The notes below the pieces were generated by a model that saw only the letters and a program-made list of their open reading frames with translations, was not told where the DNA came from and did not search any database. The translations under genes were made by a program, and so were the position numbers. A stretch of 62,661 nucleotides of DNA, the filler included, from Diploschistes diacapsis (taxonomy: Eukaryota), in assembly GCA_023645945.1 (NCBI GenBank). It is 17 parts of 17 records of this genome, joined end to end, with 100 filler letters (N's around TTAATTAATTAA, not from the genome) between each part and the next. Parts side by side here need not be neighbours in the genome. Positions count along the whole stretch, not along the records: positions 2,835 to 23,522 come from JALAIB010000333.1; positions 23,623 to 24,939 come from JALAIB010003330.1; 15 more parts are not named here. One strand, given 5' to 3'. Of this stretch, positions 13,948 through 24,816 are shown piece after piece (the stretch's first letter is position 1; the number at the start of each line of letters is the position of its first letter).

Positions 13948-14869
13948 TTAAGAGGACTTGCCATTGCGCTGGCTGTCTTGCTTTGCCATATATGGAGGTG
14001 GGATCCCAAAATAGTTTGAAGATCGTGCCCCGTACTTGCTTCCAAGGAACTTGTATTTGTCGTGGCCTGGAGCACCACAACCATGGAAGTTGTTGCTCTC
14101 CTCAGCGAACTCTGGATTCTCATATTCAAAAATGTTTCCCTTTCGGGTTTCCTTCAGCTCTTCAGAAGCTCGAGAAGACTCAACTTCACCAGTATCTACA
14201 CCTTTAGGCTCTTCCTGGCTACCTTCACTGGAAGTGTCATTGGCTCCGGTGCTTGCAGACGTTGAGCCTGGAGGGCCATTCGTCTTAACACGAGGCATCG
14301 GCACGGCCTTCGCTTTCCCTATCTCCTTACCTCCAATTGCATTCTTTTGGAGTTTTCGCACAGGCGGGACTTCGAACGTCTTATCAGCATCGCTTCAAGG
14401 AAGACCGGAGAGAAAGCCTACTTCGTTTCCGTACACAAAACCTTAAGAGCACGCTCTGCAGATCCGTTTGGACGGTGGCGATACTTAAAATCAGTGAATT
14501 CTTTTGTCTTTCGATCGTCGTCAAGATGCTTTCGAGTCGAACGTTCTCCGTGTCTTTGATCCAAATTTTAAGGAATCGTTTTGCGAGTATCCTACTCTGC
14601 TGCGCAAGAAGCTTATTCAAAACTGCCACTAAACTGCCCACAAAATCTGTGAGGCTATGTAGTTGGGATTGAATATTTGGCTTGTGGAGCGCAGGTATCT
14701 TTCGAATTTCTATAACAATGAAACGCAGTACTTCGACTTCTCGGAATTGAAGCCGAAGTTTCTCAGGCCTCGATTTGACCTTCTGATACACCTCAAAAGC
14801 GTACGCCAGACTACCGACAAGATAACTCGTCAGCTGAGCAACAGAAGCTATCGCTCCTATAGCGTCCAT
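13948..14869 (-). CDS. Gene A: SesA/HeLo-like N-terminal (cell-death effector-type) domain, low-complexity linker, C-terminal two-fold pseudo-repeat (candidate amyloid prion-forming domain); ~290 aa, 2 exons
   Basis: The N-terminus MDAIGAIASVAQLTSYLVGSLAYAFEVYQKVKSRPEKLRLQFREVEVL is typical of fungal STAND N-terminal helical domains. A ~52-55 nt intron (GTAGGC or GTACGG donor, GCTGAT branch, AAG acceptor, ~14370-14431) joins ORF 14384-15067 in frame to ORF 13948-14361. The C-terminus has repeats FEYENPEFAEESNNFHG and YKFLGSKYGARSSNYFG. Confidence 0.7.
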
Positions 14870-15961
14870 ATTGGTGTGCAGAAGTTGGGTCTCCGACTGC
14901 GACTTTCGTGATATGAGAGAGTAAAACTTACTTCGATCCCTAAAAAGGAAGCCATCAATGCGGGGGAGCTGACGCAGCCGAGAACTGCAGTGCAAGAGAA
15001 GCAGAGGTGGGGGGGAAGCCGCTGTCTTATAGCGCTTGGAGCAATCCATCCAATTAATGGCGAGCATGACAATTCAGGTGTGCAGAATAGGAGGTACGGA
15101 TGTGGCAAGCTAAAGAAGTAATGGGCACAAGGCTAGGCTTCAAGATTCATACTTCTTCACGACCTCCATAGCCTTGAGCCCAATGAGCTGAATAATGAAT
15201 AATGATCAATCAATGAGCCCGACTGGGTCTTCTCACGACGCTCAGGCTCTATTTAATGCTTCAGCCTTGCTGATGCTGTGGAGGCATGATTGGCTCAGCT
15301 AAGCTAAGCTGCATTGGGTAACTTCTCTGGATCTGATAGGGTTAAGAGGGTTCTAACTCGAGTTTAACATGAGGAAGTAATGGTATGATTAACTTGGGCT
15401 CAGCACAGTCTCTATCTCCTCAGTATCGCTACCCCTCTCATGTGATCCATCTTCACTCTCTATTTATACTCCGTTGATCTTTGTTCATACTTGGCCATAC
15501 TGGCGTGTTTGTCATGATTTAGTAAGGAGAAGATATTTGCATAAAAAACTAGCGCCCGATGCCTGTTCGCCCAAACCACATCGTGTGAACCCCCATTTCG
15601 GTGTTCAATATGAGCCATGACGAGCATTTTTGTTTGGTGTTGGGGTTTAGGAGGCAGTGCTAATGATGTCCTAGCCAGCAGAATATGGAACATGGGCCGG
15701 AACAGAGTTCCTCCATCGCGCACAATCAGCAGAACGGTTAATAGTAGATAGCTAGCTATTTCAGTATCCAACATATATAGCACAACCAAGATTGAAACAC
15801 TGCCCGATTTGTTGCTTGAGTTGGAATCAGATAAACTAATACCCATTCTATGGTAGATCCCAATACGAAACCAATGTACTCCATACAGAGGCGATAAGTA
15901 CACAATGCTCCATGTCAATGGCGGGGTCCCGATCTTAATCTCCCGTCCAGCTTGATCTATA

Positions 15962-16897
15962 TTAGCGGAACTGATTTTGGCCCTCCCCAAATCTTGTCTT
16001 CTGAAAACTCGCTATCCTTGCGCCCTTCTCACCGTTAAAGGTGTTGTCATAATGCTCAATGAAGGTTGTATCGTTAAACATAAAGGGGAAATCGGTGTTC
16101 ATCGATGCCTCTCGTCGTTCTTCCTCTTCTTGCCTTGTAGCGGCTAAGTTTTGTTCATGAGCCCCTATCTCTTCGATTCAGCAGGAAACCCATGGATCTA
16201 TGATTTGGGCTTAGTCCTTACCTCTGATCGACTCCATTACACCAAGAAGGTCGGATCTGTCTAAGACCCACACTGAGACGTGGAGATGTCTCACTTTGTG
16301 CAACGACGCCAAGATGAGGTGTGCAATGGTATCCCAAGTCGCTCGGAGAAGCCCAGGCATCTTGTTGCCCCTATCAATGCTACAAATTATCAAGCTAAAC
16401 AGTATCCGATAGGAGGAGTCCACGCCTGGAAAGCTAATCGACACTTTGTAAGAGGATAAGGATAAGGGTTATGCCCTGGCTTTGACCATGAAGAATTGGA
16501 TGTTGACTCGGAATGATTGCCTGAAGAATATTCCTGGATGATGTCCTTCTCTGGGACAATGCACCTTTATATCTCCAACGGCTTCTACGGGCGCACCACA
16601 TGGATGGATACCAGCCTTTCCACAGCGTTAACCACCATGCGCTTGCCAACTTCGAGAGCATTGCCGCTGCGGCAAGGCTGTCGAGCTGCTGCTGCTCTGT
16701 TAACCCAATTACGATGTGAAGTTGGAGCGAATAGGAAGCACAGAACATGGTAAGAACCTCGAGCACAGCCTCTGCATGATCGTCGAGCCAGTCACACGAG
16801 GGCTTAAACAGCATCGCGAAAGTCGGGCGAATTCCTTCACTTACAACAGCTACCGTCTTAATGCAAGAACATGCAGTGAGATTGGTTCAATTGCCAT
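15962..16897 (-). pseudogene. Gene B: frameshifted HeLo-like/SesA-type effector gene with a C-terminal two-fold pseudo-repeat related to gene A
   Basis: ATG at 16897 gives MAIEPIS, then after a frameshift TACSCIKTVAVVSEGIRPTF, resembling the MDPLSITAS...-type N-terminus. A second frame change or intron occurs near 16440. Intron GTAAGG...GCTGAAT...AG (~16165-16221) joins ESIRG in frame to AHEQNLAATRQEEEERREASMNTDFPFMFNDTTFIEHYDNTFNGEKGARIASFQKTRFGEGQNQFR*. Confidence 0.55.
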
Positions 16898-19800
16898 ATA
16901 GTTGTTGCTGCATCTTAAAAAGGGTGTAAGGGAGCCTTTCGCGACTGGAAGCTGATTATGGATATCATCTTGTGCAGAGCGACGCCCGACTGCGAGGCCA
17001 TTCTAGACTATGATACCCAGTAAACCAGGTGCAGCTCCAGGGAAGTAAAAACTAGATACTCTCATGCCACTGACAGCGGAAAGGAAGAACAAAATTTAGG
17101 AGGCCTCCCCGTCCGATCCCCGTTGGCTTCAAGTGAAGGGTCGAACCCCCACTACACCTCCACGGTTACTGCACTCGATGGTCCGCTAGCTAGCACCCGT
17201 AATTGATTCAGTAATGCTTCTCTTCGGTAGATCAGGTCGTGCTGTTCTATTTGCTTTTCCAACGTGTTTGGCTGTTGCTTCCTCCTACTTCCACAGGTCT
17301 TCTAGTGTGTGCCGTGAGATCCCAAGAATATATGAAAGTTGCGAATGCTGACTGGTTGTAGCGGCTCATCAAACCGTCGATGTCGGTGGTGGAGCCTAAA
17401 GAACTCTGAGAAAAATGAGCGACAAATATTGCTTCGGCGACTTCTCTCTCGATTACTACAAGATTGGGGCTTGGCTCTCCCTTCACCAATCTCCCTTCAC
17501 GAATCTTTGCTTGCGTGGCGTCCCTTGATTGCTTAGTCTCCAGCATGCATTCCAGACGAGGATCACCTGCTTTCAGCCTTGCATACCTATGCAGCACGGA
17601 TCACTTTCATATTTGCGCTTTTTGTGTCCTGAACCAGCTAGCAGAATCCTCGAAGACAGCATGTACTTGAAGGACCTTCGGAGATCGAATGATTGTTGAG
17701 TTCTATTCTCTGGCTCCTATCTAGCGTTGCTATGCATCAGAAGAAAAGTAGGATTCTGCGGGACATTACACAGCTTTTGGTACTTTTAAGGGGTTTTGGA
17801 AACAAACTGCTCTTTTCAATCGAAAAATCTCCCTCCTCTCCACGAAGCCTTCGTAGCAGGAATTAAGTGATTTCGGAGTTGTTTCATATCGGATAGAGCC
17901 AGGTTATCGTGAGTGCATGTTTTCTGTCGCGGTATGGAGGGATCATTAATATTAGCTACCCAGATATACCGTCCTTGATGTCCTAGGAATATAAGACGAC
18001 TTTTATCCCCATGACCCGAGAACACTTTACTGAGGGCCGCCACTTGCTTCTTCCAGGATAAACAGAGATCCCCAGGCCTCCAGTGCAAGATCCAATAAAC
18101 ATTTGAGAGAGGCCGACAGAGTTTTGCAGCCTATAAACCCGACCATAATAGGATTTCAGCGTCGAGGACTAATGAATAGTGCACAATGTATGTCCAGCGC
18201 AAAGCTGTACTTCAAGGACACTAAGAGATACGAGGCGGTTAACGTCTGCTCTGGCCTAAGCGCGCTTTAATGACAGAATCACCAGAATAACGTCCGCGCT
18301 TCCCTGGCGACCAATGCCTATCTTATTATCGCAGCCAGGCTTTAGGCTATGTGATTGAAGCCTTTGTCGATCCTAACAACAAAAGCCCCACGATAGCTCC
18401 AATCTATTGCCTGCATGGTGTGCTCGTGCTAGATGAAGAGGTCAGCGACTATGGATACAAAACGGGGCGTCTAGTTAAGATACTATGGCTGTGAGTGTTA
18501 GGTATGTTGCAGCGAGAAAGTAAGGAAAGCCACCTTGGATCCAATCCTTGAGCTGCTTGTCACTGATTTCATCTGGTGTAGTCTTAAAACACCTAGCACG
18601 CTTTACGGAGCCGCGCTAAGACAACCCCGGTAAACTTTGAAACCCTTCCACACTAGCTACGCCATGGAACATAACCACTACGAATGCTGAACAGTCCCAA
18701 GGCAAATGGAGCCACGATGTAGAGCTTTGATCTGCGTCGTTTGGAGCTAGTCTGTAATGCATACAACACTCTAGTTAACGAACCAAGAGGGCGAATTGAA
18801 CGTAACAGTTACATCGGACTACGCACGTTCTAATTCGAGGATATATGTTGGCCGGCTGGCCCGAGCAAGTCATAAAGAAAGACCGCCAGGCACATGGATT
18901 GCTTCGTGAATCTTGCTCCTTGAATACAAAGCGCAACCTCTGCGCCGAATAGCTTCACGAGCAAGTGCAATGGGCTTGAAGAAAGAGGTACCCCGTTGCC
19001 GATTCTTGATTGAAGCGGAACAGCGACCGTATAACCTGGTTACCCATTCCGTTGTTCTCTTTCGAGACGATCGCCCCAGATACCTCCAGCAACCGAGCTC
19101 GCGTGATACAGCATTTTTTAGTCTTGGACGTAATGCATGGCTTCGCTATACAAAACAACCCGGAACCAGCTTAGATCTACAGAGCGCTTTCGCTCAACGC
19201 CTGGTGGTCAACCAGCACCTATGAAACATGGTCAAGTTTTTCTCATGAACTGCTATCGGCGCCGCTGGCTCCTTGGCTACACCCACGCGGGATACCACTC
19301 CTCACAGAAGGAGCGGAATAACCATAACTCATGGTCGGATTTTTGGGCCCGTGTGTGTACGGGCAGTCCCAGCACGTCGTTGGGTTCGCTCTATTCTGTT
19401 ACAACTCTTCTGCATCCGTCTTAAACACGGATATAGCTAGGCCTTGAAGGTACAGACGTCCATATCACACTCTCGTCTATGCGGACAATCGATGCTTCGT
19501 TACTTCTTTAATCTTAGAGAAGCATGTTTATTTGCTTCATACAAGCGCAACAGCTGCTTTCTGCGGAATGCTAAACTATCACCAGACCAGGTAACATGTA
19601 GTTCCTGTTCGCTAGATAGTCAGAGTGATACAGATTCTATCTGGAACCGCAGAGCTCATGCCTAGAGGGAAGTTCTCCGGAGTGCAACTCTCCTCGGTCC
19701 CTTTGCCTTCAGCACCGACCTCAATCTTTAGCCGAGAGGACCCCTGACAAGGATGGTGCTAGCTAATACGGTGTGCCCGGACGCGTTCTGGCATAGTGTT

Positions 19801-19989
19801 TTGCAAGCAGCGTAAGGTGGGCCCTCAGCGGAAATTTCTTCGACCCTACCTCTGTCCCTAACGCTCATGCTCACTCCCTACGCCCTTACAAGCTGCTGGC
19901 TACAGTAGTACTTCTGCTATTCATCAAATCTCTCCGACCTCGCCGTCAGACACTAGCTGTCAGATACAGTCTTCGTAACCCACTCATCG

Positions 19990-21548
19990 ATGGCAATGTC
20001 TGCGTCTACGCCCCAGTTTTCCAGGGATAATCGCCAACAATTCCGTACTACCAATAAAGATGCAGAGAAGCGAGGTGCTTCGAAGATGTCGTTCAACGAT
20101 CCCGATTTGGCGTCCAGCAAAAACCATTTTGATGCACGCACCAGCCATAAACACATCACGAATAACTATCACAATACAGAGAATCATGGCCATAACAACA
20201 TCACGAACAACTATCACGCTGCACAGATTCATGTCCATAACAACTATCACGCTGCACAGATTCATGTCCATAACAACATCACGAATAACTATCACACTAC
20301 AGAGAAACCTTTCGATAATCCGAAATGGCACGTGAGAAGGTTCACTGTAAGTCGACCGTCAGATTTTACAGAGATATCGGAAGCGCTCATCTAGTCCGGC
20401 GTTAGGAGTAGCGAAATCGGCTTGCCCACGACTCTGTTATATACCCAATCGGGTCAAAGCGATTGGACGATAATTGGTCTTCGAACTTCACTCTACAGCC
20501 GGCCTGACCTCATCAGCACTGACATGGCCTGGGTTACCGTAACTTCTTCAAGATCCATACCCTTGAGTTTTGCCGGCACAGCCCGACTCCGGAAACACGA
20601 TGCAGCTTGCGCTGAGTGGCAATCCACATCAGCAGACGTCGGTAGCGATCGCATTGAAACATCGCCATTCAGCGGCGTACTGAACGGGGCAGGCTTTCGT
20701 TGAGCATGTACTTAGCGCCACTGTACTACTGCATAGATGCACATGGCCATACATAGCTAGCATACTAGTCACAACACAGTCGCTGCACTCGATATACTTT
20801 CACATTTTATGCTTCTGGCTATCAAGAACCTATCCAGGTGCCATCGTGATCTTCATACACTTGGAACTAGTATGAGATGCAATACTGCGAAGTGTCTTTC
20901 CCCGTAGTGGATCACCCAGCCAGCAACGCGGAGGCTCATCTGCCGTCGCAAGAATAAACTGTATCAATCGAAGAAGTGGACTCAAACACCTCCATAAGTA
21001 CAAGAGCAAGGCTCATGCTAAACCACCAGCCATCACTCTAACACCAAGACCGTATCCAGATATCGACCAAACGCCATCATCTACAAATATTGAAGTCATT
21101 AAGCGGCAGGTCCCGTCTGCGTTGACGCTATAAACAGGTACGTCTTGCATTCTCTACCAATACTTGGTATACCAGGGAACTTCCTGGCCTAGCGCTTCTT
21201 GATTTTTCCTTTACTAGCCATTCTCTGTCACCCATGGTCTCCTAACCATCGCAACTTTAGAACGCGGCATCAGATGGGTTCACCCAACACCAGATCAGCT
21301 TCGAGGGGATGGTCTATATTACAAGCTACTTATGTTCGTCTTCCGAGCAGCCAATGAGATCCAACAAGTCCTGGCCACAGAAACCGCTGCGTAAAACAAA
21401 CTACACACTGTCATACAGCCTTATGGAGGATGCGAGGAACATCCAACACTTCAGAAACTCAGTCCCCTATTTCTGCTCAGAATTTCCTCTTTCGGCTTCA
21501 AACATCCCATTGCAGCCGATGACTGGGCCGCTCATTGGCTTGGACTAG
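19990..21548 (+). CDS. Gene C: hypothetical multi-exon gene, possibly degenerate downstream, with an N-terminal amyloid-like motif and His/Asn-rich repeats
   Basis: ORF 19990-20394 has a GTAAGT donor at 20347 and CTCAT-CTAG acceptor at ~20394, continuing in frame into ORF 20422-20703. A further intron GTACGT...CTAAC...TTAG lies at ~21138-21259. The 3' boundary is uncertain and no P-loop was recognised. Confidence 0.4.
20152..20306 (+). repeat. Imperfect coding tandem repeat (30-39 nt units) encoding (N/H)ITNNYH / AAQIHVHNNYH
   Basis: ACATCACGAATAACTATCAC recurs at ~20152, ~20197 (variant) and ~20276. AACAACTATCACGCTGCACAGATTCATGTCCAT occurs twice. Confidence 0.9.
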
Positions 21549-22202
21549 AGGTCGGGCCACACGACTATTGACGCCTAGCCGGATGTGTAGTGTAACTCGG
21601 CGCTCCGCTAACCAGCTCCGGCGTCGTGAGTGCTTTGCCGGCTGATGAGAGTGGCTAGCGGTCATCATGCACGACATGTAAAGACGGTTTGCTTTTCAAA
21701 GCTTGTTCCAACTACTTGAAGGTAAGTACGCTTTTCGTTATTGGCTCTTGTCACTGCACAATCCATTTCCCCATTTTTGCTTTTTTCGCCTCGATCCGCC
21801 GTTTCCCTTTAAAGGCCTTGATCCGCCCGCGTCCTTCGGACCCCGTTGTTTCTTATTTCTTGACTCTCTACGGTCGTGTTCTTCCGATGCTGCGGTGTCC
21901 CCTGGCCATGGAGCAGTGGTGGGGCCAATTTTGACAGATGTCGCTAAAGGTCGCATTTTGATCCTCTCACTGTGGGGAAAAATCATGCGTGTGCCGTCTG
22001 GCCATATGAAGAGGACGGGCTCTCTCCGACAAGTCCAAGGTGTATAGACACATTCTTTCCTCCACCATCAGCCACAGTCCCCTGTTATATTACCGATTTC
22101 TGGCCCGAGCATATTTTGGACACAATTGAAGGCTTGGTAGAGCCAGCCACAGATCTACCTACAACTTCGTCCCCTTTCCCTGTTGTGTAGGGCTCCTACA
22201 GA

Positions 22203-23111
22203 ATGTCCTCCGATGGCGCTTCCACCACTGGCGATGATATCGCTGTCAAAGTCTCGACTTCCCAAACAGAAGAGGAGGAAGTATGTCCTTCCTCACTCGA
22301 CCTCAAACCTCATCCTTCGCTACACCCCTTCCCTCGACCTCTACTCACCATAAGTCTCCTACATTCAACTCCATTACCTTCGTTTCCCCTCTTCCTCCGC
22401 CCCAACGCCGCCCACACCCAAATCCTCCCTCTTCCTCCATCCCTACAGCGCCCACAACCTCTTTTCCCCCTCCTCCCTCTTGCTCGCACTAACTGGCTCC
22501 CACCCAGAGAAATATCGGCGTGGTAAAACAATACATGTCCCTCGCCTACTCTCCGCGCCTCAACAAGGGCCGCGACACCGTCCGCCACCTCTGCACGTCC
22601 CGACGCCAGCTTCACCGCGCCCACCACCTTCCCCGGCTGCTCGACACCGCTCGACTACGCCGACTCCCACGCGAAGGTCATGGCCTGCTTGTCGGACCTG
22701 CACATCGAGAGCTACGACGTGCTGTTTGCGAAGGGCGGGCACGTGCTGTTGAGGTACAGTGCGACGGGGAGCCACGCGGGGGAGCCGCACGACGGGATAC
22801 AGCCGAGCGGCAAGAGGGCGCACTGGACGGCGAGCGCGATCTTCGAGGTTCGGGACGGGAAGCTTGCTAGCTTTACGAAGGAGTGGGACAAGTGAGTTTT
22901 TCTTTTCCCCCCTCCTTGTCTTCTCTCTTTTTTTCCTCTTCCCTCGCCGAAATGGTTTTTTCTGGGATTCCCATGGTGAAAGGGGGCCCGAGAGAGAGAA
23001 CCACGCACGCGTTTCGCTTTGTTGGGGGATAACAGGCTAACGTTGTTGGTGCGCGCCAGACTGCACATGTGGAAGCAGCTGGGCTGGATGAAGGGGGACG
23101 AGTACGCATGA
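22203..23111 (+). pseudogene. SnoaL-like / NTF2-fold ester cyclase family gene, 3 exons, with one +1 frameshift at ~22598
   Basis: RNIGVVKQYMSLAYSPRLNKG...HLCT/PDASFTAPTTFP...DLHIESYDVLFAKGGHVLLRYSATGSHAGEPHDGIQPSGKRAHWTASAIFEVRDGKLASFTKEWDK/LHMWKQLGW. Introns have GTATGT and GTGAGT donors. Confidence 0.8.
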
Positions 23112-23622
23112 GGAGGTGGGGGGAGGACAAATAATGTGCATGATTACTTGCAGCAACTACTATACCATACTATAACTACGTTGAATCGATACACAAGCCT
23201 TCATCTGAAAGTAAACTACACAACGAATCCAGGTATCCAGCTCGAGAGGCAACTCGTGCTGCTTTCCGGGCTGCAATAAAACGTTGCTCCATCTTCGCCA
23301 ACCCCCTTGTCGGGAACAAGCTTGCGCTATGCCATACCCAAGGAGCAAGGGCCGCAAAAAAAGCTCCCCCCCCGTGGAGGCACCGACGCCCCGTTCTTGT
23401 AAAAAGCGCGCACACACGTCGGGGGGATTTTCTAGGACACACAATGGAGAAGAAGATCCCACGGCATCATCATGCGCCACGAGCGCTTTCCAAGGCGCTT
23501 GGTCGAAAACAGACCCTTCCTCNNNNNNNNNNNNNNNNNNNNNNNNNNNNNNNNNNNNNNNNNNNNTTAATTAATTAANNNNNNNNNNNNNNNNNNNNNN
23601 NNNNNNNNNNNNNNNNNNNNNN

Positions 23623-24148
23623 ATTTTAGATTTTTTAGCTATAGTGTCCGTGTCCGTGGATTCACGGAAGTACAGTGTCCGTATTAATATTAATGTTTTA
23701 AAATTTTTAATTATAATATCCGTATTCGTGTTTTTATTATAATATAATGTCCGTATTAATATCCGTGCCGAAAGAATTTTTATTACGGTATCCGTGCCCG
23801 TATATTTATCGAAATACTTTAAAATAATTTTTTAATATTAGTAATTTTAAAATTATTACGTTTATTTTTTACGCTTTTATTTTTTTAAAAATTTTTTACC
23901 GCGATATTTCGTTAGATTTATCGTAATATTTCGATAAATTTATTATAATATAATGTCCGTGTTAGTATCAAGGTTTTAAATTTTTTAATTATAGTATCCG
24001 TGTCCGTGCTTTTATTACAGTATAATATCCGTGTTAGTATTCGTGATTTAAAATTTTAATTATAGTGTCCGTGTCAGTGTTCGTGTTTTGAAAATCTTTG
24101 CTGTAGTGTCCGTGTTAGTGACCGTGGCACTAAACGGCTAGCCTAATT
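23623..24148. mobile_element. DNA transposon end (hAT-like or MITE) with an array of subterminal (A)GTGTCCGTG repeats; related segment at 30705-30818
   Basis: More than 10 degenerate GTGTCCGTG copies ending ...ACGGCTAGCCTA. 30705-30748 is the reverse complement of 23624-23666 and ends ...GACGGCCAGTTTA. The superfamily is inferred. Confidence 0.5.
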
Positions 24149-24429
24149 CAATTATTCGATGTCGCAGTGTTTTCGCCGTTAAAAAACGCGTTAACTTAAA
24201 AGACGGATTATACTATTCGATTAAATAAATTACGTATAATACGTTTGGAATAAATTAAATTATTTTTAATAATTCGGAATCGAGTTATTACGAATCGAGA
24301 CGCTTAAATAAATTTTATAACCGTGTTTAATAAACTCGTTTCGACGTATCGGATCTTATTATTTCTATCTTTTAATTTTTTATTAATCACGAACCGACAA
24401 AATTTACATTTATTTTTATTATATAATTC

Positions 24430-24816
24430 AGATCTTAAGTTTTTAAATCTTTTCGATTTAATTTACGTTAAATAACGTAATCGGTACCCGCGTTCGTAAC
24501 CGTAATAATTACCGGAAAACGTAATTTTAATAAACGATTAAGCGTAATAAATCAGGTACTAATCCGGGCTTATAACCTATTTAATAACGTAATAAATATA
24601 TTAAAATTTAAAGATCTTCTTTAGAAGGTTATTTTACTTTATAAACTTTTATTTTCGTAAGATACGCTAAATTTTATTACTTATACTATTCCTTAATCGG
24701 TCTAGTTAAAATTCCAGAAAGTTCAGCTGAACTGAACCTCGGAATTCAGCTGAACTGAACCTCCCTCTGGAACTCAGTCGAACTCCCAGCCATGCCTTCT
24801 GCCTGTCTGCTCAACA
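24430..24816 (-). mobile_element. LTR copy (family of 30837-31394) abutting a pogo fragment (24817-24939)
   Basis: Near-identical to ~31010-31394, including TTCAGCTGAACTGAACC x2 and the terminal CTGCTCAACA. Confidence 0.75.

Noticed and set aside
17120..17200. tRNA-like GGTTCGA...CCA on the minus strand
   Set aside because: The T-stem is weak and I could not build an acceptor stem, D-arm or anticodon arm.
20835..20870. CHRDLH, resembling a protein-kinase catalytic loop within gene C
   Set aside because: No following KxxN, DFG or glycine-rich loop was found in any frame.
21630..21690. Hammerhead ribozyme-like CTGATGAG
   Set aside because: There is no downstream GAAA core or supporting stems.
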